From: Gammaproteobacteria bacterium | Lineage (GTDB): Bacteria; Pseudomonadota; Gammaproteobacteria; GCA-001735895 | NCBI GenBank assembly: GCA_050298595.1 | Contig: JBNKUM010000085.1 | Location: 32,001 to 96,000 of the forward strand | Length of the DNA stretch: 64,000 nt | Reading direction: 5' to 3' | In this document: positions 1-9,455 of the stretch, in pieces | Position numbering within the stretch: position 1 is the stretch's first letter | How the letters are laid out: each line of letters starts with the position of its first letter | The notes under the pieces: model-generated | What the model was told of the DNA's origin: nothing | Seen by the model: only the letters and a program-made list of their open reading frames with translations | The model's database searches: none | Position numbers and translations under genes: made by a program

Positions 1-2240
1 TGTTTTATTTTTAGTGCGCGCAATCCATCGCTGAACTCGGCTACCACCCAGTTACCGGTTTTGATTCTATCTGGGGTGCTATCGAACATATAAACAGGGT
101 CTGCAGTCACAACCTTTGCGATTCTTTCTGCGCCTTTAGCAAGCGCCAGCAATGGTCCATTTTGTTCAATTTCCTGTTTTACCTGCTGAAACATTGGAGT
201 ATCGCCAGTCGCTATATTTTCAAGCACTGCCTGCAGTTGCGCTACGGATTCTGCCGCGCTACCTACCCAGTCAACCATCTTAACCCCACCGGAGTCAGGG
301 ACCTCAAGTTTATCCATCATGTCGTAAAGCGCCTGCGCTGCATCGCCGAAATTATCGATACCTCCTAACAAGCCCTCCATAGGTAACCCTTTAATCACAA
401 TCTCACCGGTACTGGGGATAATCATGACACCCAGATTAAGCATTAGCTCAACTGCAGCCTTGACCAGATCTATAGGCAGAAAAGGGGTAGGAAAGAGAAA
501 ACTACCAATTCCAGGTAAAGCTCCCGGAGGCAATAAGTCTGGTAATGTCACCGGCGATGGGGTGCTACTCAGGTCTTTGATAGTAAAGATATGATCAAGT
601 CCCGGGCTGGCGGGTACAGTCAATGGCACATCTTCCACCGCATCCATATTATCGCCAGCAGTTCCAGCTTCATCCAGCAGAACAACCACTTCCAGGTTAG
701 TCCCGGCAATATTACCTTGTATGGGACGGAGCTGATAAAGGTCACTACCCGGTAATGGCATCGCCCCCTTATGATCCAGCCGTAAGTCCCTCTTATCAGC
801 CTCAATCACCTCGGCATAATGCCATATACCGCCAACCTTCCAGCCGACATAAGATTCCGCAGTTAGACCATGAGCCTTCTCTGTACGCACTACATTGACC
901 CCATTCAACCAGCATTTCTTATACCAGCGCGGTGCGTAGTGCAGCATAGCATCGCCTTTAGTCCATTCGCTCCAGCTGTTTTGCACAGGACTGGGCAGTA
1001 AATCCAGTTCCAGATACGCAGGCTCTGCTTCTATTTCTTCTACCTGATTGATCGTGACGGCTTCAGCACGGTCATGGCTTTCATCCACTATAATCGCAAC
1101 CTCAGCGGGTTCAACCTCCGGTTTGACTGGCAGGTACCAGCTTGTAGTCACGAAGCTTGATTCACTTCCCTCGTCTACCACCAGATCCCGGTAGTACAGA
1201 TCTACAAAACGAATGTGGTCGAGACATACCTCTACCATTTCCAGCTTTTGTTTCAAAACAGTAGCCATTTCCAAAGAGTTACCAGATAACAGAGCCAGGG
1301 CTTCTGCAGTGCTGGATGTAATCTCGGGTAAGCGGCTATCTTTGATCTTTGACCAGTCACCCTCAACTGAAAACTGAAATAGATACAAAGCTTTAGCCTT
1401 CCATTCCAACAAACTGGTGTTATCAATATCCAGCACAACTTCATCTGGATTCAACTCCAGAAAATCTATAATTTTGAAACCAGCTCCCGGTTTCAACGTA
1501 TCCAGTTTAGCGGACTGGATCGGCCCTATTCCCTGCAAATAGATGGCAGGTTTCTGCATGATTTCAGCCACATCGCCGGATATCGCTGATCCAGTCGCTG
1601 TTGTTGAAGCCAGGGCTTGCTCGGATTTATCCCACCCCAGGGGGCGTAATTCGTTAAATGCTGCATCTATGGTTATATCCTGCAGAGTTTCAAAGATAAC
1701 CTTGTCAGCACCGGCGAGAGGACTATTCTTGATCTGGAAACCACTGGCAATGGTTCCGCTCTTACCGGCTTTGGCCTGAATACTGATCCAGGCTGAAGCA
1801 GAAGCCGGCGGTGCGGGATGGTAATCCAGCATTTCCACCAGCCTGCGCACATGTTCCCACTGGGTTGCTGTACCCAGAAATCCTTCATTAGCATAGGCAT
1901 TCGCATGCTCGGTCAGCATGTGACAGCAACGCGCAAAACTGCGGCTGATCTCCCAGGCCCAGTCACGCCTGTCCTGCTGATAGGTTTCCAGTAGTCGTCG
2001 ATTGCGGATACTCAATCGTTGTCCGCGCTGTACCAGAGTTTCACCCTCTAGCTCGACTTCGTTGGCTGGTACCTTTTGTGATGGATTAATCCACTCGCAC
2101 TCTACTGTCTCGGGGTCAGCGAAATGCCTGACCAGTTGCTGACGCAATATCTCCAGATACTCGACGGCATTGCCATCCACGTAATCAAAACGGCTTAGCC
2201 CTGCACGATTCCAGCGTGTCAGATCATTTCTCTGGGTCAT
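1..2240 (-). CDS. Large baseplate J-like (Afp11/12-type) protein, 3' end beyond the window
   Basis: ATG at 2240 overlaps the TGA of the previous gene (ATGA); MTQRNDLTRWNRAGLSRFDYVDG...ANEGFLGTATQWEHVRRLVEMLDYHPAPPASA...VIFETLQD; absent from the ORF track, consistent with no stop before position 1 (frame spot-checked by eye). Confidence 0.85.
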   Translation of the reverse strand, partial: MTQRNDLTRWNRAGLSRFDYVDGNAVEYLEILRQQLVRHFADPETVECEWINPSQKVPANEVELEGETLVQRGQRLSIRNRRLLETYQQDRRDWAWEISRSFARCCHMLTEHANAYANEGFLGTATQWEHVRRLVEMLDYHPAPPASASAWISIQAKAGKSGTIASGFQIKNSPLAGADKVIFETLQDITIDAAFNELRPLGWDKSEQALASTTATGSAISGDVAEIMQKPAIYLQGIGPIQSAKLDTLKPGAGFKIIDFLELNPDEVVLDIDNTSLLEWKAKALYLFQFSVEGDWSKIKDSRLPEITSSTAEALALLSGNSLEMATVLKQKLEMVEVCLDHIRFVDLYYRDLVVDEGSESSFVTTSWYLPVKPEVEPAEVAIIVDESHDRAEAVTINQVEEIEAEPAYLELDLLPSPVQNSWSEWTKGDAMLHYAPRWYKKCWLNGVNVVRTEKAHGLTAESYVGWKVGGIWHYAEVIEADKRDLRLDHKGAMPLPGSDLYQLRPIQGNIAGTNLEVVVLLDEAGTAGDNMDAVEDVPLTVPASPGLDHIFTIKDLSSTPSPVTLPDLLPPGALPGIGSFLFPTPFLPIDLVKAAVELMLNLGVMIIPSTGEIVIKGLPMEGLLGGIDNFGDAAQALYDMMDKLEVPDSGGVKMVDWVGSAAESVAQLQAVLENIATGDTPMFQQVKQEIEQNGPLLALAKGAERIAKVVTADPVYMFDSTPDRIKTGNWVVAEFSDGLRALKIK

Positions 2241-3421
2241 CCCTTACGCCCTCCGTGTAAGGTTAGACGGTAATAGCCACGTGCTGTATCAGCAGGGTTG
2301 TTATCACAGGCTGCAACCTCCAGCCCGTCCAGTGCAATAAACCCGGCCTCCACTCTATCTGCGAACTGACTGCCGATGCGTTTGAATCGATTCAGGCAGA
2401 TGTGCTCTATGCCATCCAGCGCCATTAGTGCCTGTACCACATCACTACTGTAAATATCCTCACCAAAGCCATGCCTGCCAGGCGCAAAGAAACCATCAGG
2501 GCCATGCCCCAGTGCCTGTGCTATCGCATGACGGATTTCAGACTGAAAATGGTTGGGACCAATCTTGACTGAAATCGCCATATAGATGCCGATATACACC
2601 GGATCCTGCAGAATGACTTCCTGACCGACCATACGAAATGCATCGATATAGGGCCGCAATATCATGCGTGCAGTCGGTGCAGGTGTAGTGTCCAGATTGG
2701 GTGCGAGTAATCCCACCGATTCGTGAAAATTGATAATGCTTTCCTTTAGCTCTGCGCCATAACCTGTACTGGTCATAGCTGTATCCAGTTGTAGCCCAGC
2801 TTCAGCAATTACAGCCAGGTAAAGGGTGAACCAGGAGCCACTCCATTCGGTCCAGGCGTAGGCATTGGCAACCAGCGGATGCTCACGCAGACGCAGGGCA
2901 TAATCCTCGGTAGTGACCATGCGCTTCTGAGTCTGTATCTCACGTGGACCAGCTCGTTTGGCCTGTTGCATGGCATGCGGATGACTGCGCCAGTAATCTT
3001 CCAGCGCCTTAATGGCATCTTCATCAAACACATCGCTGGCTATCTGGTCCTTACTGCGCGCTGCGGCGATGGCATCGTAACCGATAAAATTTAACAGGCT
3101 GCGCACATGCTCAGGACGTCTCGCGGTTTCCAGAAAGGCTTCGGCAGCCACTCGGTCCAGCATGTCAGACAGTTGATCCAGCACAGTGGCGAATGCCTCT
3201 ACCAGCACCACTTCCAGGTCGGCGGGCGTCCAGCGTTTACGTTCGGGAAAGCGCGCAGCCAGTTCTTCCAGCATGAACAGGCGAAAGTCATCGTAGTCGC
3301 GTACGCGCCAGTCAAAATCATCGCCTGCATCAGGCAGAGCAGCAGGCAGATGCACCTCACGAACCCCGCAGTCGGGACAGCTACCCTCAAAACGCAGTGC
3401 CATCAACGGTGCATCAGCCAT
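2237..3421 (-). CDS. Baseplate J/gp47-like wedge protein
   Basis: RDYDDFR, WTPADLEVVLVE, EAFLETARR and RMVTTEDY motifs. Confidence 0.85.
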   Translation of the reverse strand: MADAPLMALRFEGSCPDCGVREVHLPAALPDAGDDFDWRVRDYDDFRLFMLEELAARFPERKRWTPADLEVVLVEAFATVLDQLSDMLDRVAAEAFLETARRPEHVRSLLNFIGYDAIAAARSKDQIASDVFDEDAIKALEDYWRSHPHAMQQAKRAGPREIQTQKRMVTTEDYALRLREHPLVANAYAWTEWSGSWFTLYLAVIAEAGLQLDTAMTSTGYGAELKESIINFHESVGLLAPNLDTTPAPTARMILRPYIDAFRMVGQEVILQDPVYIGIYMAISVKIGPNHFQSEIRHAIAQALGHGPDGFFAPGRHGFGEDIYSSDVVQALMALDGIEHICLNRFKRIGSQFADRVEAGFIALDGLEVAACDNNPADTARGYYRLTLHGGRKG

Positions 3422-3806
3422 GACTATCCTCCGCGATGGTAAACGCCTGTGTCTCCTGACGATTGATTGCAGCCAGTTTGTACGAAATCAGGATGATCAG
3501 TTTGCTGTCCTGCTGTTCCAGCTGGACATCCAGGGTTTTGGCTTCAACCTCGCCGTGTAAGGCTTCAGCCAGTGAAGACAATAACTGTTTATGCGTGATA
3601 TTCCACAACGCGGTACTATTCGGCTCAAACACCAGGCGACGGATACCAGCACCGAATTCGGGACGGAATACACGTTCTTTGGGGCTGGTGAACAATAGCT
3701 GCTCTATCTGTTCGCGCACATGATCGATACGCGAACTGGTTTGTGGACCATCGGGTTTGATGGTAAATGGAAACTTCAGATATTGTGTTTCGCTCAGGCC
3801 TGGCAT
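3414..3806 (-). CDS. GPW/gp25 family baseplate protein
   Basis: IEQLLFTSPKERVFRPEFGAGIRRLVFEPN. Confidence 0.92.
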   Translation of the reverse strand: MPGLSETQYLKFPFTIKPDGPQTSSRIDHVREQIEQLLFTSPKERVFRPEFGAGIRRLVFEPNSTALWNITHKQLLSSLAEALHGEVEAKTLDVQLEQQDSKLIILISYKLAAINRQETQAFTIAEDSHG

Positions 3807-3816
3807 GGGTAGATAC

Positions 3817-4638
3817 TCATATGGTTTTCACCGTGGTCGACAGCGTACTCATTTCGCCCTGTGGAATAGGCGGTGAAGTAGGCCCGCCCACGACCGGTGC
3901 CGAGGTATGGATATGGGTAGCAAACAATGATAGAAAGCTCTGACCCTTGATGACCGGCTCACCACCTTCATCACCCAGGTGAACCTGAGAACCCTTAAGC
4001 ACAATCTTGGGTGCTTCAGCAGTAATACCTGCAGCCGCCATTTCAATCACATTGCCGTTGGAATCTTCAACTTTGGTGCCAGAACTATTCATCGTCATAA
4101 TATTTCCATTGGCATCCTCAACAATTATTTCATTGCCTGGCGCATCCATTTTCAGTGTGGCGCCCGAGGAATCAGTGAGAGAAATGCTGCCATCCTTGTC
4201 AATTATCATCTCTGCTTCCGCCGGGTGGTACAGGCGAAACTGTTCCTCGCCTTCTTCATCATCAAATTGCAGAATATGTCCGGAGCTGGTCTGGATCATG
4301 CGCGTGGTAGGTTCGTCTTTAGATGCATCCTCAGGAGTATCGCTTTGTTGTTGCCAGAAGGTTCCCACCCAGATCGGTCGGCTGATATCGCCCTCTTCGA
4401 ATTCGACCCACAGCTGTGCATCCACATCGGGCACGAAGAACATACCTTGCTGATCCAGGCCACCATAAGGCAGACAGGGCAATGCCCAGTCCGAATCCTG
4501 CTCCGCCAGCACTGAGGGAATACGCAACTTCAGTCGACCACGCTTCTGTGGATCCTGGTTATCTATCACTGTGGCACGATATTTACCAAATCGTTTTTGA
4601 TCGACATAACGCGCTATACGAGCAACCGTTTCTTCCAT
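3817..4638 (-). CDS. Baseplate assembly protein V / VgrG C-terminal (gp5 OB-fold spike)
   Basis: GKYRATVIDNQDPQKRGRLKLRIP, WVEFEEGDISRPIWVG, C-terminal HIH. Confidence 0.9.
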   Translation of the reverse strand: MEETVARIARYVDQKRFGKYRATVIDNQDPQKRGRLKLRIPSVLAEQDSDWALPCLPYGGLDQQGMFFVPDVDAQLWVEFEEGDISRPIWVGTFWQQQSDTPEDASKDEPTTRMIQTSSGHILQFDDEEGEEQFRLYHPAEAEMIIDKDGSISLTDSSGATLKMDAPGNEIIVEDANGNIMTMNSSGTKVEDSNGNVIEMAAAGITAEAPKIVLKGSQVHLGDEGGEPVIKGQSFLSLFATHIHTSAPVVGGPTSPPIPQGEMSTLSTTVKTI

Positions 4639-4640
4639 AG

Positions 4641-5759
4641 CTACCTCACCGCTGCCAGCGCGTCACTGGACTCAGGCTCGGTATTTTGTCCAGTGGCATT
4701 ACGTAATAATCGGAACGACTGCCGATACCCCGTCTGAGCAAATATATGCGTGACCTTGTCGACGTAGTAGAGGCCACCATAGGTATCGCCGATGCCATAA
4801 ACCCCAACAGGTTTATGCGTCAACAGCACATGACCGTACAGCGAACCATCAAGCTCACCTTCGGCGATAACTTTCCAGGCATTTTCATTGGCCTTTGCCT
4901 GCGCGCGTGCACGCGCTTCTTCCAGCGAACTACCAGCAGGACGAGGCATTTGCCAGTTAAACGGGCTTAGCCCCATGCTGTCGCTGCTGGCAGCTGTACT
5001 ACCGAGTAAAGTCAGATTAGGGGTAAAGCTTTCCTGTTCCAGCTCGGTTCCGCTGTCGGCAGCACGTACCAGTGATATCTCATCGGGTTTATGCCCATCA
5101 TGTTGAATACTGATACGCGTACAGTTACTGCGCTCACCTTTGTACACCATGATGTCAGCCTGCGGATCTTCGTCTAGTTGCGGGGGCTTGAAGAAAATCG
5201 TACCTTCGCGAAAGTAAAGTTCGTAGCCATTAGCTTCGGCTCGATCACGCATAAACTGGATACTGGTACCATCCTGATTCAGGCTGATATTGCTCAAGCC
5301 ATCATCAGTTTCTACCTGGAACTGGCTACCTGCTATCTCGCTGAGGATATCGCCATCGCTCATCGCTTCTTCTTCGGTGGACCACACGCGGCGGATATGC
5401 TCCCGATCCAGTAGCAGGCTTTCATCCTGGCACAGCACGATAACTCTGGACTTACCCATTTGCTCAGGGGTATCCGACCACACTTCCTTAACATAGCCGC
5501 GCATGACTTCTTCGGAATAATCTCCAAAGTGGGCTTCCAGTCGAAATGGCTTCCACGGCAGAAATATACCGGCATCCTGTATCTGCCAGCTTTCATCTTC
5601 CAGACGCATGTTATCAAACTCCAGCGTACACACTGTAGCTGCTGATCGACTGCACTCAACACTGGCCTCGATCAGGCTGGGCATCAAGTCGATGATCTCT
5701 TCATCGTCTACAAACAGCTTGCAACGAGCAGGTTGACGAAAATCCTGTTCAGAGCTCAT
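4641..5759 (-). CDS. Late control D / gp27-like hub (VgrG N-terminal part)
   Basis: QDGTSIQFMRDRAEANGYE, GGLYYVDKVTH; lies directly before the spike gene. Confidence 0.85.
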   Translation of the reverse strand: MSSEQDFRQPARCKLFVDDEEIIDLMPSLIEASVECSRSAATVCTLEFDNMRLEDESWQIQDAGIFLPWKPFRLEAHFGDYSEEVMRGYVKEVWSDTPEQMGKSRVIVLCQDESLLLDREHIRRVWSTEEEAMSDGDILSEIAGSQFQVETDDGLSNISLNQDGTSIQFMRDRAEANGYELYFREGTIFFKPPQLDEDPQADIMVYKGERSNCTRISIQHDGHKPDEISLVRAADSGTELEQESFTPNLTLLGSTAASSDSMGLSPFNWQMPRPAGSSLEEARARAQAKANENAWKVIAEGELDGSLYGHVLLTHKPVGVYGIGDTYGGLYYVDKVTHIFAQTGYRQSFRLLRNATGQNTEPESSDALAAVR

Positions 5760-6061
5760 CCCCTATTACCTCCTTCTGATGCACGCGGTATCAAAATAGT
5801 GCTACCGATATTGTCATCCAGTGTCAGATCTGGACCAAACACGATTTCAGGATTAGCATCCAGAATGCGCCACCACTTGCGACTGTCGACATAAAAATAC
5901 TGTGCCAGCAAATCCAGTCGATCATCGGCCTTGACGATATACTCAATCACACCTGTTGCCTGACCTATTTCACGCGCTCTGCCTCCTTTAAATACAGGTT
6001 CCTGGCCATCCAGCCCGTTAAATGGTCTGACATTTTGATAGCGGTAACCTTTGCCAGCCAT
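5756..6061 (-). CDS. LysM / tail protein X-like baseplate protein
   Basis: YIVKADDRLDLLAQYFYVDSRKWWRILDANP. Confidence 0.85.
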   Translation of the reverse strand: MAGKGYRYQNVRPFNGLDGQEPVFKGGRAREIGQATGVIEYIVKADDRLDLLAQYFYVDSRKWWRILDANPEIVFGPDLTLDDNIGSTILIPRASEGGNRG

Positions 6062-6089
6062 CAGATTTCTCTCACCAGTCTAGATCGAT

Positions 6090-6767
6090 TCATGATCCTG
6101 CACCTCCTGTCGACTGATAGCCCTGTAATGAGCCTATCGCAGCCTGAGCCGAGTTAAACATGCGCTCGACCTCGGGGGTGTAAAAATCATTGCGACTCTG
6201 GATGACCTGCAGCGTCAAAGTCGCTTCAGTGCGATATGGCACCAGCGTGGGCAAATATTCTTTAACTTCAAACTGCACCTGAGTCATAAACACGGGCAGC
6301 ACCTGCGCACCCCAGGAGAATAGCAATACCGAAGGATAAGGCTGGGCATCTCCACCTTCGTCTGACAATGCTGCCAGTGTGGTTGCACCGTTCGGTGCCT
6401 GCAATTTGGGCTCTACCATGCTGTACAGAATATCCATCTCGGGTTGCACTCCTTTACTACTGGCATTCTGGTCACTGGAATTCATGCGATCAGTGGCATC
6501 CAGTAATATCTTCAGGGTAAAGCTTTCTGCCTTCACACTAGCACCCTGCGCCACGCGTGCGATTTCACTGGTACCACTAAAATCGCGCCCTCCAGCGTTT
6601 GCCTGACCTTCGCCGAACTCAATTTCGATAGCTCGAGTACGGGTGATGGTGGAAGGATTAAATTCAAAATGCAGCTCCAGAGGATTGTCACCACCGGTAT
6701 GCTCTTTCAATACCCCGCGTGTTACCTTGAGACTGGACTGATTACCGGTTGCCAGAGGTGTACTCAT
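6090..6767 (-). CDS. CIS tube-initiator protein (Afp7-like)
   Basis: FEFNPSTITRT, ILLDATD, VLLFSWG, LVPYRTEATLTLQV. Confidence 0.8.
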   Translation of the reverse strand: MSTPLATGNQSSLKVTRGVLKEHTGGDNPLELHFEFNPSTITRTRAIEIEFGEGQANAGGRDFSGTSEIARVAQGASVKAESFTLKILLDATDRMNSSDQNASSKGVQPEMDILYSMVEPKLQAPNGATTLAALSDEGGDAQPYPSVLLFSWGAQVLPVFMTQVQFEVKEYLPTLVPYRTEATLTLQVIQSRNDFYTPEVERMFNSAQAAIGSLQGYQSTGGAGS

Positions 6768-6997
6768 CGGCTTACTCCTGCTTGCGTGGTGATTAACTGG
6801 TTAACAATCATTTGTGCGATTTCATCGTCTGAAGTACTGGCCCGAATGTTTTGTGCAGAGATATTGACCACATCATTCGATACCTGACGAGATGGCGCCT
6901 GTTTTGCCAGTACCTTGCCCACCATGTGCGCGATACTGGCAGCACGGTGTTCAAAACCAGCAGGAAGTCGCATACGCAAACGATCAATCTGAATCAT
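6764..6997 (-). CDS. Small eCIS-associated hypothetical protein
   Basis: Overlaps both neighbours (ATGA); N-terminus IQIDRLRMRLP. Confidence 0.65.
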   Translation of the reverse strand: MIQIDRLRMRLPAGFEHRAASIAHMVGKVLAKQAPSRQVSNDVVNISAQNIRASTSDDEIAQMIVNQLITTQAGVSR

Positions 6998-8313
6998 TCC
7001 TTAAGCTCCCGCTTGAGAAAACTGGCAAACTTGCCCATACCGGCAGATGACTGCTCGCCTCCCTTTTTGCAGAATTCACTCCACACCGCATTCGCAATAT
7101 GGCTGTTGCCGATGGGTTTTGAATCACCTGCTGCTAGAAAAGCCGCATGCAGGGCAGCGTTACGAATCTGCCCGCCAGTGAGATTGAATTCATTGCCCAG
7201 CAATCTGGTATCGATATCACTGTCGCGCGGCGCAGCTGGTGGAATATGCAACTCCCATAGGCGTGACCGTGCATCCACTTCTGGCTTTGGAAAATCAATC
7301 ACCATTTGAAAACGTCGGGTAAAGGCCGTGTCGATATGTTTGCGCAGATTGGTAGTTAGAATACAGGGTCCCTTATGACGCTCGACACGTGACAACAGGT
7401 GACTCACTTCCATATTGGCATAGCGATCACGCGCTTCCTTAACCTCGCCACGCTTGCTAAACAGACTATCAGCTTCATCGAATAACAATACCAGTTGCTG
7501 ACCGTCAGCGGCCTCGAACAGTGCATTCAGATTCTTTTCGGTTTCCCCGATATACTTGCTCACCAGCAGACCCAGATCGACCCGAAACAAAGGCCAGCCC
7601 AACGCATTCGCCACTACCTCGGCAGCAAAGGTTTTACCGGTACCCGATGAGCCGGAGAATAACGCTACCGGACCACCAGTGACCCTGGCGCCCCATTGCT
7701 GCTCTACCTGTTGGCGATGCGTAACCCAGAGGATAAATTCGCGCAACTTGCGCAAGCAGGATTCGGGCAACACCAGTTCATCCCAGCTCGCCTCACAAGC
7801 TACCTGTACCGCACCGGGTACACTCACCTTGCTGTTTAGCTGCCAACCTAGCAATTGTTGACAGGCCAGCGTTGAGGGACGTATGGGTTGAAACAATCCC
7901 GGCTCTCCCGTCTCTAGCAGACCGCTGCGAATCAGTGTTGAATCCTGCGACAGCTTGTGGTTAAATTTCTGCGATTCCTCGTGGTTTAACACGAACATTT
8001 CTCGAATCAGTGCCGGAGTCGGATAAGGCGTGGTCATGCCGTTTTGCAATTCCTGATACATCCAGCCCAGTCGCGGCTCTGCCTCAGGTGCCAGACAGCA
8101 GGCGATAATATCCTGATCCAGCGTATCCAGTCCGTAGTTGCGCTGTAACGAGTTCCACGGATCCTGAGCACGTAAGGCATTCACATCGCTTTGTACTTGC
8201 TCCAGACGTGCGCCGACCTCATCAGGCAGCTCTGCACCTCGGCGATAAGCACCAAGACAGGCACCCAGTAAATCAATACGTTCCCATTCAGCAGCTAGCG
8301 GCATAACATTCAT
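6994..8313 (-). CDS. AAA+ ATPase (Afp15-like)
   Basis: Walker A GSSGTGKT, SKYIGETEKNL, Walker B LLFDEAD, DRYANMEVSHLL. Confidence 0.93.
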   Translation of the reverse strand: MNVMPLAAEWERIDLLGACLGAYRRGAELPDEVGARLEQVQSDVNALRAQDPWNSLQRNYGLDTLDQDIIACCLAPEAEPRLGWMYQELQNGMTTPYPTPALIREMFVLNHEESQKFNHKLSQDSTLIRSGLLETGEPGLFQPIRPSTLACQQLLGWQLNSKVSVPGAVQVACEASWDELVLPESCLRKLREFILWVTHRQQVEQQWGARVTGGPVALFSGSSGTGKTFAAEVVANALGWPLFRVDLGLLVSKYIGETEKNLNALFEAADGQQLVLLFDEADSLFSKRGEVKEARDRYANMEVSHLLSRVERHKGPCILTTNLRKHIDTAFTRRFQMVIDFPKPEVDARSRLWELHIPPAAPRDSDIDTRLLGNEFNLTGGQIRNAALHAAFLAAGDSKPIGNSHIANAVWSEFCKKGGEQSSAGMGKFASFLKRELKE

Positions 8314-9455
8314 GAACTACCTCCGTAAAACAGCAAGCTATTGCTCTGGATTGAGCTGGTGATATTGAGCGTGGGGTCAATAGGGTCAGCATGGGTCCAT
8401 TCCTGCACGGCATACAGCACTGCCTGCCAGGTTTTGGTATTGACAGCTTTGACATCATCCGGCAACAACACCTGAAACAGGCTTTGATTGTGGATATTAG
8501 CGGGGTCTACTGTTGCTGGGTCAAATCCTGTTGTCGCTGCATTGATCACTTTATCTAACGGTGTCTTAGTGTCGGCGATAGCCTCTTTCCAGGCTACTAT
8601 GCTGTTATCAGTTTTCTTGAGCCATACATTCCACAATAGCTTAACCGTTCCTCCTGACTTGCCTGCAATCAGGATATCGACAGCCGCATTCAAATCCCCC
8701 TCCAGCCTGAACACATAATGCAATTGTTTTGAGCTGTCTGGCAGGGTTTGCACGGCACAGATATGCGGTATCCAGCTATCAACTGAGGTATCCACCTGCA
8801 GGTATTCAACCTGTGGTTTCAGGCTAATTTCACCCTCTCTTTCACTACCCGGTGCACGCGACATTGCGCCCCATACCACCATTCGAGAATCCCCAACCAG
8901 CGGAACAGGATCGACGGCAAGCGAATAAGGAACTGGCGCTAATGCCATTTCGTAAGCCACCGATAATCGATAAGAGATATCGTTCTGGGTCGACCAGATA
9001 TGATTCAGGTTATCCAGATTCAGGGCATTTGGAACCACCTGTAACATAGCCACGGGCTGTCCAGCTGGATCGCTAATCGATAACAACGGTTGCTGGTGTA
9101 GAATGCGCATCACTTCACCGATCAGACGCAGTTCATTCTCACCCTTACTGACATCGCGTTCACTGCTACTACCTGGCGACTCAGGCTCGGTAGTTTGAAA
9201 ACTGACCGCAGTGATCAGGCAATGCAAACGCACAAAAAAGGGATTGTCGCTACTACCATCCGCAGGATAGCCATCGTAGGCAACATCGTAAAAAAACAGA
9301 TTCAGGCAATGGTCGTCCAGATCAACCAGTTCCTTGACATTGTCGGCCGGGTGGCCAATGCGAATATTATCAAGCGCTGAAATATCGGCGATATTATCCA
9401 GAAACAGATTTCGTAATCCATGTGCGGCGGATGATAGTGAACTCGCCGGTAGCAT
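8310..9455 (-). CDS. DUF4255 / Pvc16-like tail terminator (cap) protein with C-terminal extension
   Basis: LNLFFYDV, LHCLITA, LIGEVMRILHQQP, IWSTQNDISYRLSVAYE. Confidence 0.8.
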   Translation of the reverse strand: MLPASSLSSAAHGLRNLFLDNIADISALDNIRIGHPADNVKELVDLDDHCLNLFFYDVAYDGYPADGSSDNPFFVRLHCLITAVSFQTTEPESPGSSSERDVSKGENELRLIGEVMRILHQQPLLSISDPAGQPVAMLQVVPNALNLDNLNHIWSTQNDISYRLSVAYEMALAPVPYSLAVDPVPLVGDSRMVVWGAMSRAPGSEREGEISLKPQVEYLQVDTSVDSWIPHICAVQTLPDSSKQLHYVFRLEGDLNAAVDILIAGKSGGTVKLLWNVWLKKTDNSIVAWKEAIADTKTPLDKVINAATTGFDPATVDPANIHNQSLFQVLLPDDVKAVNTKTWQAVLYAVQEWTHADPIDPTLNITSSIQSNSLLFYGGSS

